Assembly: GCA_034439575.1 (NCBI GenBank) | Contig: JAWXAQ010000007.1 | Coordinates: 192,001 to 256,000, forward strand | Source: Leptospira sp. | GTDB taxonomy: Bacteria; Spirochaetota; Leptospiria; Leptospirales; Leptospiraceae | DNA length: 64,000 nucleotides | Reading direction: 5' to 3' | Shown: piece by piece, positions 60,597-64,000 of the stretch | Numbering within the stretch: the first letter of the stretch is position 1 | Layout of the letters: each line of letters opens with the position of its first letter | Program-made: the position numbers and the translations under genes | Notes under the pieces: generated by a model | What the model saw: the letters and a program-made list of their open reading frames with translations, nothing else | Databases searched by the model: none | What the model was told of the DNA's origin: nothing

Positions 60597-61570
60597 TAAT
60601 TCACTCCCATGATCGATTTCGGTGTCTGTTTAAAAAATTGGATCACTACTTTTGTCGCATCTAGATCATTCGTCAAATATCCAGAATTTTTTTCATTAAG
60701 ATAATAAAATCCGTGCGGCCAAAAATGCCCACCAGATTCGATCAAATAAGCATTTAACATTGAATTTGTGGAACAATTTGTAAAAGAATATTTTAATATA
60801 TCTTTCTGTGTTTTCTTCTTTAAACCATCAATGTATTCAATTTCTTCTTTATCGCATTTCAATCTCTTTTTCCATATTGATAATGATTCTAAAAAAGAAA
60901 GGCTTTCGCCTCCGAAAACTTTGGCTGCATTTGGTTCCATAGAAATCGGGATTTGTATAGAACCACCTTTATAAGGAACCACATCATCTTTTTTACCAAA
61001 AATAAAACCGAGAGATACTGGTTCAGGTAAAGAACATTGCTCTGAAATAAATTTAGAAGTAGTTGCGGCAATGGAAAAACCGGAGGCAAAAATATCAGCG
61101 GCTTCACACAAAATCCTTTGAGCCATAAAGCCACCGTTTGATAGACCCACAACATGAATTTTCGAAGTATCTATTTCATATTTTGTTTTAAAATATTCTA
61201 TCATTTGTCTAAAGAAAAGCACATCTTTCGTATTGCGTTTGTCAGTTGAAGAATGCGGTAGACTTCGACCATCGTTCCATCTATTTTCAAATCCATTGGG
61301 ATAAACAGCAATATAGTTATTTTCTGAAGCTAAGTCTGACATACGAGTGAGATAAATCATTCCCTCACCACTCCCTCCGCCACCATGCAAAATAAAAATG
61401 AGAGAATACTTAGTATTGGTTTTATTCTTAGGAATATAATAATGAAAATCTCTTTCTATTCCATCACTCTGAATCTTAGTTAGGTTATGTTCTGAAACAG
61501 GGACAAATTTTGGGATTGTTTTGCAGAAACTGAATAAACCAAGTACACTCAACGTAACTAAAATTTTCAC
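60596..61570 (-). CDS. PHB depolymerase/LpqC-like esterase, lipoprotein
   Basis: LHGGGG, YPNG..WNDG, GLSNGG, D.VVP..GG, GGH.WP; GTG start. Confidence 0.85.
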   Translation of the reverse strand: MKILVTLSVLGLFSFCKTIPKFVPVSEHNLTKIQSDGIERDFHYYIPKNKTNTKYSLIFILHGGGGSGEGMIYLTRMSDLASENNYIAVYPNGFENRWNDGRSLPHSSTDKRNTKDVLFFRQMIEYFKTKYEIDTSKIHVVGLSNGGFMAQRILCEAADIFASGFSIAATTSKFISEQCSLPEPVSLGFIFGKKDDVVPYKGGSIQIPISMEPNAAKVFGGESLSFLESLSIWKKRLKCDKEEIEYIDGLKKKTQKDILKYSFTNCSTNSMLNAYLIESGGHFWPHGFYYLNEKNSGYLTNDLDATKVVIQFFKQTPKSIMGVN

Positions 61571-62041
61571 TTAAAAAAGTGCTTTCCACTTTGCTAGTTG
61601 GATTTCACAATTAATATCGCCTTCTGCTGGATAGGCGGCGTGGAATTCTTTATCTGTGGTTTCGATATATGGTCCTGATTTTCCTTCAAAACAAACAGCA
61701 TAATCGCTAAGACATAAAAGATTATGCCAAACTCCAGGTTGAATGTCTATGCCGACGACTGGGCCATCAGAGCTAAGAACATGTTTTTCTCGTAAACTTC
61801 CGTCATTATTATAAATCAAAAATCCTATTTTGCCTTGTAGTATAACAAATGTTTCAGGTTTAGGATCGGAAAGGTGTTTATGAACGCTAACGTATGTATC
61901 GCGAGTTAATACATTGAGGAAACGTTGGTATACTTCTGTGAGTGCATGGAAGTTATGGTTTTTTCGTTTTCTAGGAGATGATTTTGCTTCCCTGATGATT
62001 CTATCAAAAAGGTTATGATCAATAAGTTGAATTTCCCGCAA
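61571..62041 (-). CDS. WbuC family cupin-fold metalloprotein
   Basis: SPRKR.N.NFH, QR.LN, HKH, ETF..L.G, WH, E.K.GPY. Confidence 0.88.
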   Translation of the reverse strand: MREIQLIDHNLFDRIIREAKSSPRKRKNHNFHALTEVYQRFLNVLTRDTYVSVHKHLSDPKPETFVILQGKIGFLIYNNDGSLREKHVLSSDGPVVGIDIQPGVWHNLLCLSDYAVCFEGKSGPYIETTDKEFHAAYPAEGDINCEIQLAKWKALF

Positions 62042-62213
62042 GTGTTAGACCCTCATACTCATGTTGGATGTATTGTAGCATATCAGATACACAGGCTGTG
62101 CAAGTATCTGCTGCTCCCAATTCTTTCGCAACTTCGAGTACAGGTCGATTCGTTTCTTTTACTTTTTCTAGGATTTCTTGAAAGTAAACTTCTGCGCAAT
62201 GACACTTAATCAT
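62019..62213 (-). CDS. BFD-like [2Fe-2S]-binding protein
   Basis: CHC...GA..TCTAC in 64 aa. Confidence 0.82.
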   Translation of the reverse strand: MIKCHCAEVYFQEILEKVKETNRPVLEVAKELGAADTCTACVSDMLQYIQHEYEGLTLAGNSTY

Positions 62214-62272
62214 GGTGGTTCTGAGAATCAGTCTCTTTTAGTCCTAAAAATTCGACAACTAAAAAATCACTA

Positions 62273-63367
62273 CTAATATAGTTTTTGGTAAAGTAATTTG
62301 ATACCGCTCATTTGGTCATTCCAATCAAAACGTAAAGTATTTTGGATGCCAAGTTTTGAAATTCTGCTTCGTTCTTGTGGATTTCTGAGGAGAAGTAATA
62401 ATTTTGTTTGAAAGTCTTCATTGTCTAATGGATCAAAAAGTAAAGCGGATTGGCCTAGTATTTCTGGAAGCACGGTGGCATTAGAAGATAATACTGGAGT
62501 TCCGACGGCTTGGGCTTCTAAGACAGGAAATCCAAATCCTTCAAATAATGAAGGAAAAATAAATAATTTTGCCGCTTGGTACAATAAGGGCAATTCGTTG
62601 TAAGGAATATGTTTCAGAATTTGAATTTGATTTGGAAACCGACGAATTAATTCATTAATTTCAGCGGGTATCTCTTTTGACATACCCGCAATCACTAAAG
62701 GGATCTCTAGTTCACCTTTTAACCAAAGATCTGTTAAATTATGCGCCAAAAAACCAAAATTTTTATGTGGTTTTCCAATTCCTACAAAAAGTAAAAATTC
62801 AGAAGGTAGGTGATATTTTTTTTTGAATGCATTGATTTTGGAACTTGGCGATTTTGAAAAATTATTAGGTTCAATGCCATTGTGTATTACATCGATTGTA
62901 TTAATTTTGCGTCCAAATTGGACATGAAAATCCATTCTTGTATATTCTGAAACAGTAACGACTTTCAGGGCAAACCATGAAATCAATCGCAAAACAATGT
63001 TTAGATAAACTCTTTTGACCAGTGATGAATGTGCTGATTTAAAATGATATGGAATTAAATCATGAATTGTAACTATGCACTTTCTTAAGTATCGGATAGG
63101 GATATTGAAATGAGGAATATCCAAAAAATCCATATCTTTCATAAGCGGGTGTCCAAACCATTCCCTTATACTGTATATCTTTGGGGTGTAATGGATAATT
63201 TTTGAATCTTTCGGTAATTCGTATTTGGAGAGAATCATTTCATCACCAAACACAAATAATTCATATGTATTTTTGCTAATTGGCCATAACTTTAATATAT
63301 GTTGGATTCGCACTCCTATCCCGGAATGTTCAATCATTCTCGCATCAAAGCCTATTTTTCTTCTCAT
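62273..63367 (-). CDS. Glycosyltransferase family 4
   Basis: DARM...[36 protein letters not shown] 63367 preferred. Confidence 0.92.
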   Translation of the reverse strand: MRRKIGFDARMIEHSGIGVRIQHILKLWPISKNTYELFVFGDEMILSKYELPKDSKIIHYTPKIYSIREWFGHPLMKDMDFLDIPHFNIPIRYLRKCIVTIHDLIPYHFKSAHSSLVKRVYLNIVLRLISWFALKVVTVSEYTRMDFHVQFGRKINTIDVIHNGIEPNNFSKSPSSKINAFKKKYHLPSEFLLFVGIGKPHKNFGFLAHNLTDLWLKGELEIPLVIAGMSKEIPAEINELIRRFPNQIQILKHIPYNELPLLYQAAKLFIFPSLFEGFGFPVLEAQAVGTPVLSSNATVLPEILGQSALLFDPLDNEDFQTKLLLLLRNPQERSRISKLGIQNTLRFDWNDQMSGIKLLYQKLY

Positions 63368-63450
63368 TGATTTTTCCAATATATCTGTTATTCTCGATAA
63401 AAACGAGAACAATCTTCTCAATTTGTAACAAGGAAGAAGTCAAAATAATT

Positions 63451-64000
63451 ATGGAAGAATTAGTAGAAGAAATCCTAAGACAAGTCGGTGAAGATCCAAC
63501 TCGTGAAGGTTTGGTCAAAACACCAAATCGAGTCAAAAAAGCATATGAATTCCTGACCAGTGGTTATAGCGCAGATATTAACAAAATTGTAAACGGTGCT
63601 ATCTTTGAAGAGAAAACAACAGGTATGGTTTTAGTGCGCGATATTGAGTTATATTCTTTGTGCGAACATCATTTACTTCCATTTTTTGGCCGAGCTCACG
63701 TGGCCTATATTCCAAATAAGAAAATTATCGGTATCAGTAAAATTCCACGCATTGTCGATATTTTCGCTCGGAGATTGCAAGTGCAGGAAAGACTGACGGA
63801 TCAAATCGCACAAGCAATCCAAGAAACACTAGATCCTTTAGGAGTGGGTGTTGTGATTAAGGCAAAGCATCTTTGTATGATGATGAGAGGAGTAGAAAAA
63901 CAAAATTCAGAATTGTTCACTTCAAGTCTCATGGGTTTATTCAAATCAGATGCGACGACTCGAAGTGAATTTTTGGATCTAATTAGAACTGGATCTCATT
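63451..64000 (+). CDS. folE: GTP cyclohydrolase I (stop codon falls at or beyond the window edge; not in the ORF track)
   Basis: [61 protein letters not shown]. Confidence 0.96.
   Translation, partial: MEELVEEILRQVGEDPTREGLVKTPNRVKKAYEFLTSGYSADINKIVNGAIFEEKTTGMVLVRDIELYSLCEHHLLPFFGRAHVAYIPNKKIIGISKIPRIVDIFARRLQVQERLTDQIAQAIQETLDPLGVGVVIKAKHLCMMMRGVEKQNSELFTSSLMGLFKSDATTRSEFLDLIRTGSH

Overview
AT-rich chromosomal window spanning the replication origin of a Leptospira-like spirochaete. The evidence is the holB-dnaA-dnaN-recF-dciA-gyrB-gyrA-dusB block, a lipL21 homologue and mnmG...rsmG-parA-parB; a saprophyte-type lineage is likely by inference. It is almost entirely core housekeeping: about 67 CDS, 4 tRNAs (Ser-TGA, Ser-GCT, Arg-ACG, Ser-GGA), 2 parS sites and oriC between dnaA and dnaN. 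I see no IS, prophage, CRISPR array or recognisable defence system. The most notable observations are: (1) oriC has no perfect DnaA box but carries a helically phased array of degenerate boxes and a repeated TTATGTC heptamer that recurs as a palindrome upstream of dnaA, and DnaA itself has altered DNA-reading residues; (2) tRNA-Arg(ACG) abuts the start codon of its own editing enzyme TadA and is overlapped by an upstream membrane-protein CDS; (3) lipL21 is frameshifted, possibly by a sequencing error; (4) several apparent pseudo-enzymes occur (M23 next to bactofilin, a GAFTGA-less sigma54-type activator, a transglutaminase-like protein, a GHNWG hydrolase); (5) two lipoprotein genes overlap head-to-head. 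All calls come from reading motifs by eye; no database searches were run.
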